Counted from the whole stretch's first letter, positions 1 through 15,854 are shown. The stretch: DNA of 62,834 nt, filler included, from Rhabdomonas costata (GCA_019059605.1; 24 parts of 24 records of this genome joined end to end with filler, not necessarily neighbours in it); one strand, 5' to 3'. The notes: a model not told the origin generated them from the sequence alone. A program made the numbers and translations.

Positions 1-688
1 GGTGGTTGGGAAGGCCTACATGTCATTCGGCGGGGGGTAACGGTTTCCACGACGGTATCAGTAACTGTAATGGCAACTCTTACCCGTGGTGGGACCAACA
101 CAATGCAAACAAATTTATTTTTGTGTAAGGGGATTTGATAAAGTCTGCACGGTTTGATCGAGCTCAACCCCTCTCGTCACAGCCACATAACCCTTGACTT
201 GGGAGAGAGGGGGTTGTGCAACGCTTTGCACGTTTTCCAGCGCCTAAAAATCAATTGCAAGAAAGCTGTGATGGAACACTTGAAAAAATGTTTTTCCGCA
301 ACCCGCCCACGCCCACGCTGCCCCTACTATCCTCCAGCGCCGGGATTCGGTCGCTTTGTGGAGGGTGGGTTACGTGGGGTGCGTCGAAACTTGCCTTTCG
401 AACTCCAGCAGACAACGCGTTGCACATGTCCCCCCCCTCGGCAACTATAGCAACCATGAGGGGACCAGAAGTTAGCCGAGGGTCATCAGTTACGTCTGCC
501 GTATTCCAATTCACACTGATGGCTGGAGGCATGCTTTCACCCGGAACAAGTTGATACAGGAATCAAAGCACGACAGGGTAACCACCCAAAGGGGAGGAGT
601 CAAGTTAACTGCTGCCCCGCCCCTCTCTCTAGAACCGACCCATATACAAGAGCAGGCTTACGAGCGATGGGCAAGTCTCGGAGCATAC

Positions 689-2507
689 CCTCCGTACTCA
701 GCAATGCCCCACCGCATCAGGTCGTTGTGCATTTCCAGGGCGACCTTCATCCCGGGGCAGGTGTCCCACAGGTTGGTGCTGTCCTGGACATCTGTAAACA
801 CCAGGGTGACGCTGCCTTGTGGGGCGGCCCGCATTGCCCGAATCTGAGCGCCCCGCTTGTAGAGAAGCATAATCAGCACCGCAAGAACCAGAAGCGCCCC
901 TGCAAGGCTGCCAACCGCAATGAAGACCTTGACAGAGGAGCTGGTCGATCCCGGAACAGAAGGAGGCTCCGCAATACTGGAGAGGTCGCTGCTGCACTCC
1001 GACGCACCAACCTTCCAGTCTCCTCGCGAGAGCTGAATCCCTCCGGGAGACAGCAGGCTTGCCTGAGCAATGTGGATGGTTTTCAGCCCACGGTTGCAGC
1101 TCGACGTGTACGGCCCCAGAGAGGTGTACCCAAACTGGAAGAACTCCGAAGAGTACACTCGGTTCAGGAAGCGCTGCCGCTGAGCTTGCATGCTTTCCAC
1201 GTGATCTCCCATTTCTTGCACAACTTCCACAAGAAAACGGCCCAGAAGGTAGCCTTCCAGAGAGATCGGCCCACGCGCAGAGCTCACAGTGCTGAGGTAG
1301 TCGCGAATAAAGGGATCACTCGTAGCATTCACAGAGGACACAACTTGGGAGACCAGCACATTCCCAAGGTAGGCCGATCCCAACGATGCCTGAAAAAGTT
1401 CAATCCCCACCGTGGAGGGAGAAAGATAGAGCACTCCAGGCGGAAGCACTGCCTTGGCCGACACTACAAAGCCGGAGAGGGCCATGTGGTCCCCAAACAT
1501 TAGAATCGCTTCCGGTAGTAAGGTCGCCGCCGCTTGAGCGGCATCCACCCCAGAGTTCGTGGATGTCCCAATCGAGATGTTAAACACAGGGACCAGCTGC
1601 ACAGCATCCAGGCAAAGCTTTGCGGCGGCTGAGCCTGCCTGGCCCTCAGAGCCAAGCTGATAGATTACCCCAATGCTTCTCACTCGGCTGGTGCCGGTAA
1701 GATAGTTGACCAAGGCGGCAACCTCATCCACAAGCGCGGGGCGCAGGTTGATTACTGTATTGTTGCCCAGCTCCTTACTGGCTCCGCAATACGGGCCCAC
1801 CAGAGGAGTGCCCATCTGTGCGGAGATGGCCGCTGTCTTCGCAGACGCATCCCAACCCACCGTCCCCACAATAGCAAGGACATTCTGCTGGTTGATCAAA
1901 TCTTCCAGCGATGTCTCAATGTCTGAGGTGGAGCTCTGGGGGAAGAGGAGCGTTAACACTTTGTCTGTGTTTCCAGACACAGCGCTCTGGTTGAAGGCAG
2001 CAATTAGCCCTCGCAGAAAGTGATCGGAAACGTTACCTAGGACCCCTGATGCGACCGGAAGATATCCAAACTTGACTCTCTTTGTGCTCACCGACAGGAA
2101 GTCTACACCACATGTAGAAAACTCGACAGATCCTCCAACGGAAGGGATCCCAAACCCTTTACCACTGCCGTCGGTGCGACGCACAACCCATGCTTTGTGC
2201 AGGCCTTGGTTGCAGCTGCAGCCCGATTCTTGAGTGCAGTCAGCGTATGGACCCAGCTGTATCCCGTCAACAGAGAAAAGCTCCGTATTATACAAGGAAT
2301 CCATAAAGCTGCTCGCTGTCAGAGATGATGTCGATGAGATGGTGCCTAGCAGCTTGCAAATCAGGGAGCCAGCAAGGTACCCCTCCAAAGTCTCAAAGCC
2401 TGCTGACATCTCAGAAGTGGAACCAGACAACGCCTTGCCATATCCTTCTAAAGTACTGGAAGCGTTGAATGGCAGCGGAACCACCATGGCAGCGTAAAGA
2501 GGCACTG
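689..2507 (-). CDS. Receptor-type adenylate cyclase, large internal exon (partial)
   Basis: Periplasmic-binding-protein-like ectodomain repeats (LEGYLAG, LEGYLLGRF, NLRPALVDE), one TM helix (VFIAVGSLAGALLVLAVLIMLLY), then the catalytic start APQGSVTLVFTDVQDSTNLW...MKVALEMHNDLMR...YGG. GT donor at 688. Architecture matches euglenozoan receptor ACs. Confidence 0.92.
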
Positions 2508-2526
2508 CTGACAAGACACACCCACC

Positions 2527-2626
2527 NNNNNNNNNNNNNNNNNNNNNNNNNNNNNNNNNNNNNNNNNNNNTTAATTAATTAANNNNNNNNNNNNNNNNNN
2601 NNNNNNNNNNNNNNNNNNNNNNNNNN
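2527..2626. other. Artificial contig spacer (first of 23)
   Basis: N44-TTAATTAATTAA-N44 (stops in all frames). Other copies start at 5153, 7777, 10402, 13025, 15650, 18274, 20898, 23523, 26146, 28760, 31382, 34001, 36624, 39247, 41870, 44492, 47119, 49741, 52363, 54970, 57591 and 60213. Contigs are 2507-2527 nt. Confidence 0.99.
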
Positions 2627-3460
2627 GGTTGGTCCTATCCAACTCAGAAAATTTTTCATCTCAAATGCTGATCAGTGGTGTACTGTGCCAGTGCTCCCTG
2701 GAGGAATATTTAAAGTGAGCACCTCAGCACTACCACAGTCTCAGAATTAGCTTATTGCTGGGATTCGGGTGGACGAGGGGGACAGTGTTAGTTTCGGGGT
2801 GCCACAGCTAGCGCCACAGGGCGGCCAGAGCGGGTGGTTGGGGCAGAAACGAGGCTTGGGAGGCCTTAATCACTTTTTGAAGTGAATAGTCCGATAGAGA
2901 ACACTGTCCAAACGGGAACCGTTACTCCCTCTCCTCCCTCCACCCAACGTCAAGAGCACTGCTTGGGCGACGTTTCTGAGCCGTTCTGGAGGCCATGAAG
3001 ATGAGGGCTGCTGGAACCTATCCAGCGATTGGGCCATAGACGCTGGTCGTCAGATACCAGTAGATGCGATGACATGCCGTTGAATATCAACTAGATGCGG
3101 TTGAATGTGGTTAGTTACCGTCAAATCGTCAAATGAAGCAAGAGTCAGTTGTTGGGAAGAACAGTTTTTCTCTGGGCAAGTTCCAATTGTCAGACACCGC
3201 TGCACTTGCCACAGTCACACAGGAACAAACAACCCTCTCGTGCTACCTTACACGGAAAACCTTTGAGATTGCTTCAAACTGACTGTCTTTTTCAACACGG
3301 CTGCTGGCGTGAACTTCACGGACACGAACGAATTCCGACCCCGGATTTCACTGGATCTAAGATGCTGCCAGATGAAAGTTCGAAGCACTTCAGTGCTTTT
3401 TGGAAGCTGTTAGAAGCTATTAAAACCAAGATAAGAACGTTATTGGGAACGCTGTCTTAC

Positions 3461-3816
3461 CTCCCTCGCTCAGTAAGCGGCAGTGAGGGCTCCAGCCCAA
3501 TCGACACAGAGGCTTTCCGGCCCCCCAGTGAGGGATCCCTTGCCAGGGACTGCCGCCGGGAGTTAGGGCTGGCCTGCTCCCTGGCCTTCACCCGCGGCGG
3601 GACCCTTGGGAGCCTAGCGCCGCACTTCCCGCAGCACCGCCAGCAGTCCGGGTACACGTCCAGCCCGGCAAGCCCGGCGAAGTACGCCGTGGCCAGGGCG
3701 CAGGCCTGCTCCTTCGATGTGGGGTTGGCCCGCAGGAGGTGCTTGGAGAGTGCAAGCAGGGAGGCCTCCAGGTCCAGAGGTGCGGAGGGTTGGGGTGGCG
3801 CATCGGGCGCAGACAT
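3461..3816 (-). CDS. First exon of a hypothetical protein with a CxxC motif, weakly Rpr2/Rpp21-like
   Basis: ATG at 3816 (MSAPDAP), GC-rich codons, motif WRCCGKCGARLPRVPPRV, donor AG|GTAAG at 3460. The family call is tentative. Confidence 0.45.
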
Positions 3817-5289
3817 TTTGAGTTTAGAAAGACTTGCGCGAAAAGAGCAAAGCGCTACCGGGCAAAAAGAGAATGCGGTGGCATTCACGCCGGGAGTACT
3901 GAAGCCCCGAAAGAGCAAAAGAGGCTAAAAATCTGGATTACATTCCCAAAAAGATACGAGTTGAGGAGTAGCAATGACCCTAACAAACGTTTCTCTTGTT
4001 TCCCTTGTATTCGCACAAATGTTTCCGACTGACTTTCTCGATCTCAGGGTACAGCTGGCCAGGCCCAAGAAAGGCAAAGCCATGATATAATTATTAGCAT
4101 TTCCTTTACTATCCATCCATCAACCATCCACCATCACTCTGCGCAAGCCCCGTCACCTGGAACACACCAAGAAGTGAGCACAAGTTTGGAGGAAAGGGGG
4201 GCGGGGTTCACCCGCTCAGAGCGCCTATGCATATTGTCAATGCACAGCCCGAAAGCCTGAAAATAGGCTCAGCAATGGAATAGGGGACGACACAGCAAAC
4301 GCAAAAATGCAACAGCACAAGAAAATATGCAGAGCCAATGAAAAGGGCGTGGCGCCTGCACACAGAGGGGCACCAGGGCCTCGGCGGTGATCTCGCTGCT
4401 GTTCCAGGGGTTCAACAAGGAGGCGAAACAACAGGTCTTTTTGCCATCTCAAAGGTATGATACGCAACCGTGCAAACCACGCGCTGTGGTCGAAATTCCC
4501 GAAGAGAGGCGCCATTGCGATTCGATGCAAGGTCGGATTTCAGCTTCACAGACCCTCAAAAAATGGACCTCTCTCTCCACATGTTCACGGCACCAAGGGT
4601 ACAGCTTGAATATCACTTCTGAGAAACGCGAGAGAAAAAAAAGAAGGCACGCGCGTGAATCTTGTCCCCCACTACTTTTTTCCAAACAACCACTGCTCAG
4701 TGGCAGGATATTCAGAAAAAGGATTACAGGTTCCAGCTTCATATCCACGTACGTGTACACCCGATAATTTTAATCGAAATGTCTTGCAAAAACATGACAC
4801 CAAAAGTGCATGGAACTCACGTCCAAGGCAAAGCCTGACGCAGGGTGATGGGGGCAATTTGGAGGCATGATTTCCGACGGCACACCTGGAGCAAGATTTG
4901 GGTTCCAAGCTCCTCCGGGGACGCCTCCGATGAAATCCCAACCACAGTGTGGGCATGGGCAGGTGCCTGAAAGTACAGTGCCCAACACCATCCATACACA
5001 TACCATACACAAAAAACGGAAATGTCAAAAAGACGCCGCACGAGAAAAACATCTCATGGCTCCCCAGCACTGCTCCATCAGTATGAGCGAGTCATGACAC
5101 CAATCGCGTTCGCGCCTGCTTTGACACAAGTGGAACAGCGCGAACCCACACCNNNNNNNNNNNNNNNNNNNNNNNNNNNNNNNNNNNNNNNNNNNNTTAA
5201 TTAATTAANNNNNNNNNNNNNNNNNNNNNNNNNNNNNNNNNNNNNNNNNNNNGTTTTGTCATTGGTTGGTATCTAGCATTACGGCGTTG

Positions 5290-7776
5290 AAATCGTTGGG
5301 GGGGGCTGAAAAGGAGCCTCTGTACCTGGAGGACGACCTGGAGTACGTCACTGGGGAGTTCCGCTGGTCCCACCGAAAAATCATCAAGTTCGAGCGCGCC
5401 CGCTCTTCGATTACCTCACTTCATACTGTGCGGAGGCTTCAACAATTTGCTCGATCCCCGCTTCGCTCGACTTTTTCTCTGGCTTGCGTTCTGCTCTTCC
5501 TTTCGACTTTGATATTGCTCCCACGCAAAGAGAGGACGTGAGGCCAGAACCACCTGTATACATGCACCGACAACAGAATGGTGCAGATTCTTGGCAGATG
5601 CCATTTACCCGTGCGGCGTTAAGGCGAAAGTTCCAGAGACGTGCTGTAATGGAGGCGTTTTTTGCTTCGTTTGCAGTGTTTGTTCTCAGTCTGCCTTTGA
5701 TGTATACGGTGGTTGTGAATACTCAGATCGCCGGTTGTGTCGTGGGTCTGTGTAATGCAATTAATAAGTTGAACGTTTTTGGAACCTTTTTGGCATTTTC
5801 GGACAAAAAACGCCCATATCAGCCCCACTTTTATTTCGACCTCGAAGCTCTCAAACTCGTCTGCCCATATTTCATTTTGTTTTCACTTTCGTGTTAAGTC
5901 AGGCTCGTCAGTGTTTAGCTGTGCAAGTGAGCTACGGGGCGAAGCACAGTGCAGGCAGTGTGGTGAGGTTGTGGGGGTATGGGGGATGTCCACAGCGTTT
6001 CTGCCAACCAAGTATTCCGCGGGCTGGCAGACTCCGATGACAAGCCTCACGGGTGGGGCTTGATGCAGCACCACAACGGCATTTCCCAGGACAACGCCGC
6101 CTGGATGCACGGTGTGTGTGGAGGGCGGGGTTGTGGAGGAGGCATCTCGGGTTTCTGGTTTTCTTTTCTTTTCCCTGCTTTGTTCTTTTTCTCATGGTTT
6201 GGACTCGGCCCGAGCTGCGCACGAGACTGGCAGAACTAACCCCTGCAAGGTTGGCCCTGTCCCAGGCTGACTCTGATTAATTCTGTCCCACTAATCTCTA
6301 ATCAGCGGGAATAAATTATTGGGCTTTCCCACCTGTCCACCATATTAAAATTGGATTTGGTTTCTGCTTTGCGAATTGATCAGTGCTGTTTAAGTACTTT
6401 GTCATCAAGCACCTCCATTTCGACCTCCATTTTAATGATAAAAAAAGTGGTACCACTCTCATAATTCAACGGAGGTTTGACTTCCAAAGCATTAACGGTG
6501 AATTTCAATGCATTTCGAAGTCTTCTCCCTCCCCTCCCAACCGAACAACCAGGAGTGCCTTGTGGCAAGGGACTCTTTCGTGACCCCGACGGAGGGGTTT
6601 TCTACGGGGTCTGGAAGGACGGAAAGCGGCACGGCAACGGCTGCAGCATCAACAACCAGGGCCATGTATGGCTCCCTCCCCGCCTCCCCGCGTCGCTCCG
6701 TAAAGGCGGTGCGTGAGACGTGGCAATCAACCACACCCTTCTTTGTTTGGTTTATTTTTTATAGGAAAACAGGTAGGGTTTTCCTGCTGCCCATTAAGAC
6801 ATGTCATAATCTCTTTCTTTTCCCCTGAGAGTTTTCGATGTGCCTGGCATTATACTTCGGACCCCATTGGTTTGACATGGAGCGGTTTGTATTTTTCGTT
6901 TCCTCACCAATAATCAAGACATTCTGCAAACGTCCCCCCCCCCATGGCCGGGCAGGGTGTCTTTTTTGCTCAGATGTTTCTGGAGCTGTATGACGATGGC
7001 AAGCTCCTCTCGAAGACAAAGTGGAAGATTGATAAGGAACACCTGGTCTGCGCTCACTGCCGCACTCGGTACATCGAGAAGACCAACAAGCTGGTGTGAC
7101 TGCGTGCGTGCCATGAGGGTGGGGATGGATTGGCGGTGCACACAAGGTGCCCGGTCGCAGCACATCGTTTACGGCACGGCAAGCGGGGAGAGGAAGGGGA
7201 GAATGTTTCGAAGCAGTGCAAACGTTTGCCCGCATTGTCTGTTCGGAGTGCCGGACCGCAGCCCATTTGGTGAAGTGGGTCCGGTGCGCGTCCCTTTTCC
7301 TGTCCTGACGCCGAACATCATTATTGCAATGAATAACGAGACCATATCGAGTGGTGTTTGAGAGGCGCATGCCAGTGGGAACTGCAGATGGAAAAATTGC
7401 GTTTCGGCCACGGCGTGAGCCCGCAGGCAGTGCGCGTCCTTCGTGGGCAAGATAGAAGATGCTCTCTCTTTCTCATACGGCTCTGGAGGTGAGCACCCTG
7501 ACAGTCAACGAGCGATTACGCTCCACCGGCAAGCCGATTCCGAGCACATACAGCATGCACAGAAGACAGGGGAAACCAGAAGACCCGAGACATCAGCGCC
7601 ATCTCAACGCTACGCGTTCGATCCGATCAACACACACACACACACAGAAACTCCCCCCCCCAAAAAAAACAGGAGTGCAGGTACCACCCTGACAAGCCTA
7701 ACTGGGAAGACCGCTACGCTTGCTGCGGGGCCATGACCAAGGTGAACCCCCAGGGCTGCGCCGTGGACTACCACAC
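5290..7776 (+). CDS. MORN-repeat protein with C-terminal Cys/His zinc-binding motif (partial, multi-exon)
   Basis: Exons ~6010-6111, 6553-6665, 6974-7093 and 7673-7776 join in frame over GT-AG introns: KPHGWGLMQ..WMHGVPCGKG..FYGVWKDGKRHGNG..CAHC..N..ECRYHP..CCG..GC..H. A probable upstream exon lies at ~5290-5393. Confidence 0.8.
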
Positions 7777-8643
7777 NNNNNNNNNNNNNNNNNNNNNNNN
7801 NNNNNNNNNNNNNNNNNNNNTTAATTAATTAANNNNNNNNNNNNNNNNNNNNNNNNNNNNNNNNNNNNNNNNNNNNGTGTTGGTGTGTTTGGGGGTGGGG
7901 TGGAAGGGCGAGTACATCGGGGGTGCTGGCGTGATTGAGAGAAGAAAGACATCAGAAACACATCCAGATGTCTTTTAAAATTGCTGAGAGAAGGCAATTG
8001 CTTACTCACAAGAAAAACAATATAAAAAGCACGACGTCAACAGATCGGGACAACCTGTGAGACAGATAAAGAATTTTGGGTTCGTTTTGTGTTGTGCAGT
8101 CACAAAAGGACCGGAAATCAACAAAAATGAATCACGAGAAAAATGGATCACGCAGGAAGCGTGTTCGCGCCCCCCACCCCCACGAGAAATAACCTGCCTA
8201 CTGCTTCTCTGGGGGAGTGAAAATGAGAGCATCAGAGCATACCCCAAAGTGCCTGCAATTGCCTTTACTGCCGCATGGAATGTCTATCACCACTGCCGCA
8301 GCTGTAACCAGAGCTGTAGCTGTATCCGTTCAATCCGTTCGATTTTCGCGCAAAAAACTGCAAACAATACGTCATAAATGACAACTTGGGAGGAGGAGGG
8401 GCGCGAAGGGGCACTAAGAGTCCAAGCCAGTTTGCCGGAGAAAGATGTAATCGTTACATTCTGTGACAGTTCATCACATTCCAAAATCTGCCAATCATGA
8501 ATCACAGCATTCTCACACTTGTGAGAAAAACAGGACGCAAAGCAGCGTCACTAGGACTCAGACAATCCAAAAGATCATAGCAATCCAAACCCAGCACGCC
8601 ACTTGTGCTTTGCAAAAGAAGTCTGAAAGTCCCCCCTCCACAC

Positions 8644-10278
8644 CTGTGGGAGGAGAGGCCCGAGTGCTGATGGAGTTGCACTGCCCCGGCAGAATATCCT
8701 CAGAGGTTGTGGTGCGGGAGAACATTGAGCTCCGGAACGACGGCGGCTTCCCTCGCCCGCTGCGTGCCGAGATGGACGGGGCGTGGGCACCGCCCCCTGA
8801 GATCGACGCCGAGCGCGTGGTGATGCTGTTGCTGCGCTCCGTGGGCGCCGGGGAGCGGTACATCCTACTCCGAATGTCCATCACGGGCAGCGCGGGCACC
8901 ACGGGGAGATTGGTGACTTGGCAGATCTCGCTGTCGCCCAGGGGAAGCGTGAATCTCACTTCGGTGCCCTCATCCAGGCGGCTGTGCAGCTCCACCTCGC
9001 CTCTGGAGGAGGGAAGGGTCACAAAAGGGGGTGGGGTAGAGGAGATCTAAGCCGAAGCTTTTGTATATACAGCAGGCCTCTCGAAACGCTGCGTGCGTCC
9101 TTTACCCCCTCGGCCGGTTGTGGTGCCCTTGGAAGTTTTGCATCTCTTTTGTGCCACTTCTTGCCCCAAGCACGGGAGGGTTTACGAAAGCATGCACAGC
9201 GTATGTACAAAAACCAATCCACTCCGAACTGGATCAGTCAACTGGGTCACAACACCCTTCCTACTACCTGGAACCCTCCTACCGTCATTTTCGTTGGGCG
9301 GATCTCCGCCTAAGCCGGCCCCTGGTACCCTCTGCGGAGCCCTACACCATTGCACTCATTGCTACTGGGACCACCGTCCACCCGCGGGGTACCAGCATCC
9401 AAATGTGATGAACATGTCCCTATTTGTGCTCGTGGACAGATGGTGGTGTGTTCTCATGCTTCTCTTTTCAGATTTCCCTGCCCACTCTGTGGTGACCTTT
9501 CTTCGTTTTCCAGGTCTCCTCTGCCAGCTCTGGCTCACGTATCTATCCACTGTGCATCATCTGAGGCTGTTCAGCTTTCCGTACTATTCAGGCATAACTA
9601 TGGTGGACTCCCCCGACTGAGAGCACGTGGGGATCTTCGGACGAGGGGCATTGCGCCCCGTGGCCAAAGACATTCTAGAAAGAGCTGCAGAATCTGGTAT
9701 AGAATCCCAAGGAACGCCTGCATCGCCCTCAAAACCCCTGCAAACCCCCCTGTTAAAATAGCAGAAGACAAGGGAATCAACCCGAAACCCCCTTCTGTCG
9801 CATACCCAGGTGAAACTCTCTCGCCCTTTTTGCTGGAAGGAGGAAAATCCACTAACCATTGTGGTAGTGCTGGGTTCGTCATTCATGGCTGTGTTTTGCC
9901 AGCAAAACATGCAGAGCCAAGTCGGGGTTACAGAATCGCACCCCCACCTCGCTAATAACTGATTTGTGTGGATGGATTGCCATCCTTTCGCCCCCCCTCC
10001 TCGCGAGAATACACACACATCCGCACCCCATTAGCTCGACCAGGTGCCTGCATAGGCACAGCCCTAGCCCGCACCCCGGAGCCCCGTTACCCCGCGAGGA
10101 GACCCGGCTGAAGGGCAGGAAGAGCCGTCCCAGCTCCTCCCCGGGGATCCCGCAGCCGTTGTCCACGACATCGAACAGCACGCTGCGGGTGTCCGCCGAG
10201 GCGCGCACTCGCACGGTCCCCGGTCGCTCCACCAAGCCCTGCACCGCCAGCAGGGCGTTGCTGCAGGTTGGTGAGGAC
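8644..10278 (-). CDS. Histidine kinase HATPase_c domain (partial, apparent frameshift near 10262)
   Basis: N box VLTNL/SNAL, G1 VVDNGCGI, F box LFLPF, G2 GCGLGLCLCRHLVELMG|GEVELHS..GTEVRFTLP. GT-AG intron 10026-9003 joins the exons in frame. Confidence 0.9.
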
Positions 10279-10583
10279 CTGGGCACGTGAGAGGTTGCCG
10301 CATGATGCTTTGACAGGGAAAAAAAACACCAGGTACATCCCCTCCTCCCTCCTCTCCGTCTCTCTTAACCAACCAAAACCCTTTTCCTTGAGTAACCACC
10401 CNNNNNNNNNNNNNNNNNNNNNNNNNNNNNNNNNNNNNNNNNNNNTTAATTAATTAANNNNNNNNNNNNNNNNNNNNNNNNNNNNNNNNNNNNNNNNNNN
10501 NGTGTTTGTGGCCCAGCTCGCTTTGGAAGGCTCTGCATTGTGTGGACCTTGTTCCCCAGACTTTCCTTCGGTTCTGTCTGCAG

Positions 10584-11621
10584 GGCCTACGCGGCAGATT
10601 TTCAAGACGTACCTGATGCTTCAAATTCCAGTTGACCCTGGAACGGTCTACACACGGGTGTGCCGTTGGCTTGCTTTTCCGCTGCGTGCTACACATTCTT
10701 TCCCCAGGCCTCTCCTTGGGGGTTCACGTTAAACCAACGGATTTGTTCCGAGGTTTTGTTTTCACTGTGGGGCAGAGCGGTCAAACAGCTTCATCGGCCT
10801 CTAACTTGAAGCAGGCAAGCGGTTCCATGTACATGACTTCCGGTTAGAAATCCACGCTTTTGAGGGAGGATTCCTGGTTGAAGCGGATTTGAGCGAAGAT
10901 TCCCGGGTTTGCTGATATTCTACAGTGCTACATTGTTGTGTTCGGACCCCCGGATCCCATGTCTGAACGATCCTTCCCATTCCTTGGTCACCAGTTCTCC
11001 CTCTTCAGGTCAGGAAGTCTCCTCCAAGGCTAATATTTATTCCGCTCTCTCAAAGCCGCTCTTTCTTCTTACAATCACCCTTTCCGTGCCTTTTCTTTGT
11101 TTGTTGTTGGTGCTTGATCCTTGCACGTGGACCTTGTGGAATCGCAGCTGCTCTGCCACTTCAGTGATGGTTCGTGGATTTGCTGAGATTTCTGAAGCTG
11201 TTTGTTATGTTCCCTAATGGATCACTTGTTGTCAAGATTAAGTTGTGGAGTACTTGCGTGTATGTCTCTGTTAGGCTCTTTTGGTCTGCCGGCGTTCATG
11301 TCAGTTAGCGGCAGGTTTTTAGTTGCAGTCGTTGCCTCTGATGCCGTGTGCCGTACTCGGCTGTGGTGTGCTTTGCAGTCGGATGCAAGTCTGCTAAAAA
11401 AAAGATGCTGCTGATTTGATATGATCTCTGGACATTTCCGACTTGCGTGTGGCTGTGCTCAGGTGGAGAGCGACTGGGCGGTGAACCGCAAGATCTCCAA
11501 GGCTCACGCCGCAATGCAAGCCCTGGAGGCTCTAAAGCTCTTCAAAGCGGATCAGCCCGCCGTCCCCATCCCCGCGGCCCAGGCTTCCGACACCACTAGC
11601 GGGGAGCACCGCGTGTCATAG
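10584..11621 (+). CDS. C-terminal exons of a dsRNA-binding-motif protein
   Basis: Exons 10584-10657 and 11463-11621 give GPTRQIFKTYLML...VESDWAVNRKISKAHAAMQALEAL, matching the dsRBD pattern GP..F....KK.A...AA..AL..L. Stop at 11621. Confidence 0.6.
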
Positions 11622-12695
11622 GCATCGGCGGAATGCTCAGCGGGCTGATGAGCTACTCCCCCTCATTGGAGGATTACCTTCACCTACTCTGAGTGCTGCA
11701 TGAAATCCGGGCCGACCAGGCTATTTGTCAGCAGATGCAGTTGACCTGCCTGCCTCGATGTGGCAGGCCTTGTCGCCATCTGCGGCCACCTGGGCACGTT
11801 CCTCTAAAAGGAAAGGTGAGCGGCGTTACATTAATAGCTGTTATCGGTGAACGTACCTCGCCATGAGAACCTTCGAGAGAAGACCTCCTCCTCTGCACTG
11901 GGCATTCATTTTGCAACTATTGAGGTGAAATCGGTTTTCTTTCGTGCGCCTTCAATCTGCTTTCTGGAGGGAACATGAGTTGTAGTCCAGCGCAGTCGAC
12001 ACATGCCCACCATCTATTTGCTCAATCTCGACAGTTGGAACCTTGATGGGAATCTCCTTTATAAAGTTCCGAACTGTGGGGGAAGGTTCATGACCTCGCA
12101 TAGGTGTTTTCGGGCGGGTTGGTAGTAGTGAGTTTTCAGACACCAATTGTTTTAAGTAGTCGGTTTCTAACTTCGGTGGTAAAACGAAAGCGTTTGTCTT
12201 CGGCTGACGACTGTTGCGACCTCCCCTCACACCAGAAAACTGCCATTGTTACTGGGTTGTTGGCTGCACAAACATAAACCTATATATGTGCTGCACAAAG
12301 CTCCAAACTAATGTGAAAGCCGCCCCCCTGGGGGCGAGGCCGATTTTGTTCGCTCGATACAAAAAACATTTTTGCCCAAATGCTATTTTTTATTTTCTAG
12401 TTTACTGTTGACATTCTGTGGGACGATAGATTCTGCAAAATGGTTAAGGTTGTTCACTGCTTTTTTTGGCCTTTTGCTTCGCTTTTGTTGCTGGGAGATT
12501 TGCGCGGTTCCCTGACTGTTCATAGTGGACGCGCTTCCTTTGTCTTTGTTTTACTTTTCCGCTGTGTCAAAGATCACGTTGACAGGCTGGTTTGCCCTTA
12601 TTTTACTATTCTTCTCTGTTCGCACAGTCCCTCTTTTCATTCTGAACCCCATTCCCAAACGTCCTTGGAAGACCAGACGAAAGAGATTCCCTTTG

Positions 12696-13024
12696 ATGGC
12701 GGCTGTCCTCCCAGACGATACGCTCGTGGTTACCTTTCGATTCTTGGGGTCAAAGCAGCACCTAGCGCTGCGGGGGGTCTGTCGAAAGTTTCAGGAGCTG
12801 GTGGATGAATTCTTTGTGCAGGGGTGGAAGGTTGTGCTCCACCGATTGATTCCCGAAGACACCATCCAGCATAAGAATTCTCGGAGGAGCCTGTGGCTGG
12901 CGTGCTCGGCTGCAGAGATCTCGTTCAAGGGTTGGTTTGGAGAGGACCTCCTGCAGCATTTGCTTCGGATTGGAGCGGCTGAAGTGGCTGCTGGATCCAC
13001 TTCGGCTTTCTTCCCCAACCAACC
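12696..13024 (+). CDS. F-box protein, N-terminal part
   Basis: LPDDTLVVTFRFL...LALRGVCRKFQELV matches the F-box consensus. Truncated by the contig end. Confidence 0.8.
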
Positions 13025-13124
13025 NNNNNNNNNNNNNNNNNNNNNNNNNNNNNNNNNNNNNNNNNNNNTTAATTAATTAANNNNNNNNNNNNNNNNNNNN
13101 NNNNNNNNNNNNNNNNNNNNNNNN

Positions 13125-15431
<2,307 letters not shown>

Positions 15432-15751
15432 TAAGCGGTGGCCTCAATGCCGCTATCGTGGTAGAGAGGATGCTGCGGAACCATGGGGAGGGTTGGTTTT
15501 CCCTACCAGCCTTACTGTTCCTTAATCCTCATCCTGAGCTTGAAACTTCCGTTACGTCAATGGAGGATCCCGCCCCATAGATTGAGCGTCTTCCGTGTAT
15601 CCGCAGGTGGTACCAGGTCATGAGCAAAATTTTAGCCTTCACCACAACANNNNNNNNNNNNNNNNNNNNNNNNNNNNNNNNNNNNNNNNNNNNTTAATTA
15701 ATTAANNNNNNNNNNNNNNNNNNNNNNNNNNNNNNNNNNNNNNNNNNNNGG

Positions 15752-15854
15752 TTGTGCACAGAAGTGTTGGGAAGGTACACCCTCTGCCCGCGGCATCACT
15801 TTCTCTTCAATGACACTGGCAGAGGGTCTACCTTCCCAACACTTCTGTGCACAA
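15752..15854. repeat. Inverted repeat / hairpin (37-bp arms, 1 mismatch, 29-nt loop)
   Basis: 15752-15788 is the reverse complement of 15818-15854 except at one base. Confidence 0.9.

Noticed and set aside
667-1503. 278-aa plus-strand ORF and many other short ORFs in the track
   Set aside because: Antisense shadows of GC-rich exons or chance ORFs in introns.
7091-7099. In-frame TGA suggesting stop-codon recoding
   Set aside because: Explained by the GT donor at 7094; splicing to 7673 restores the frame.
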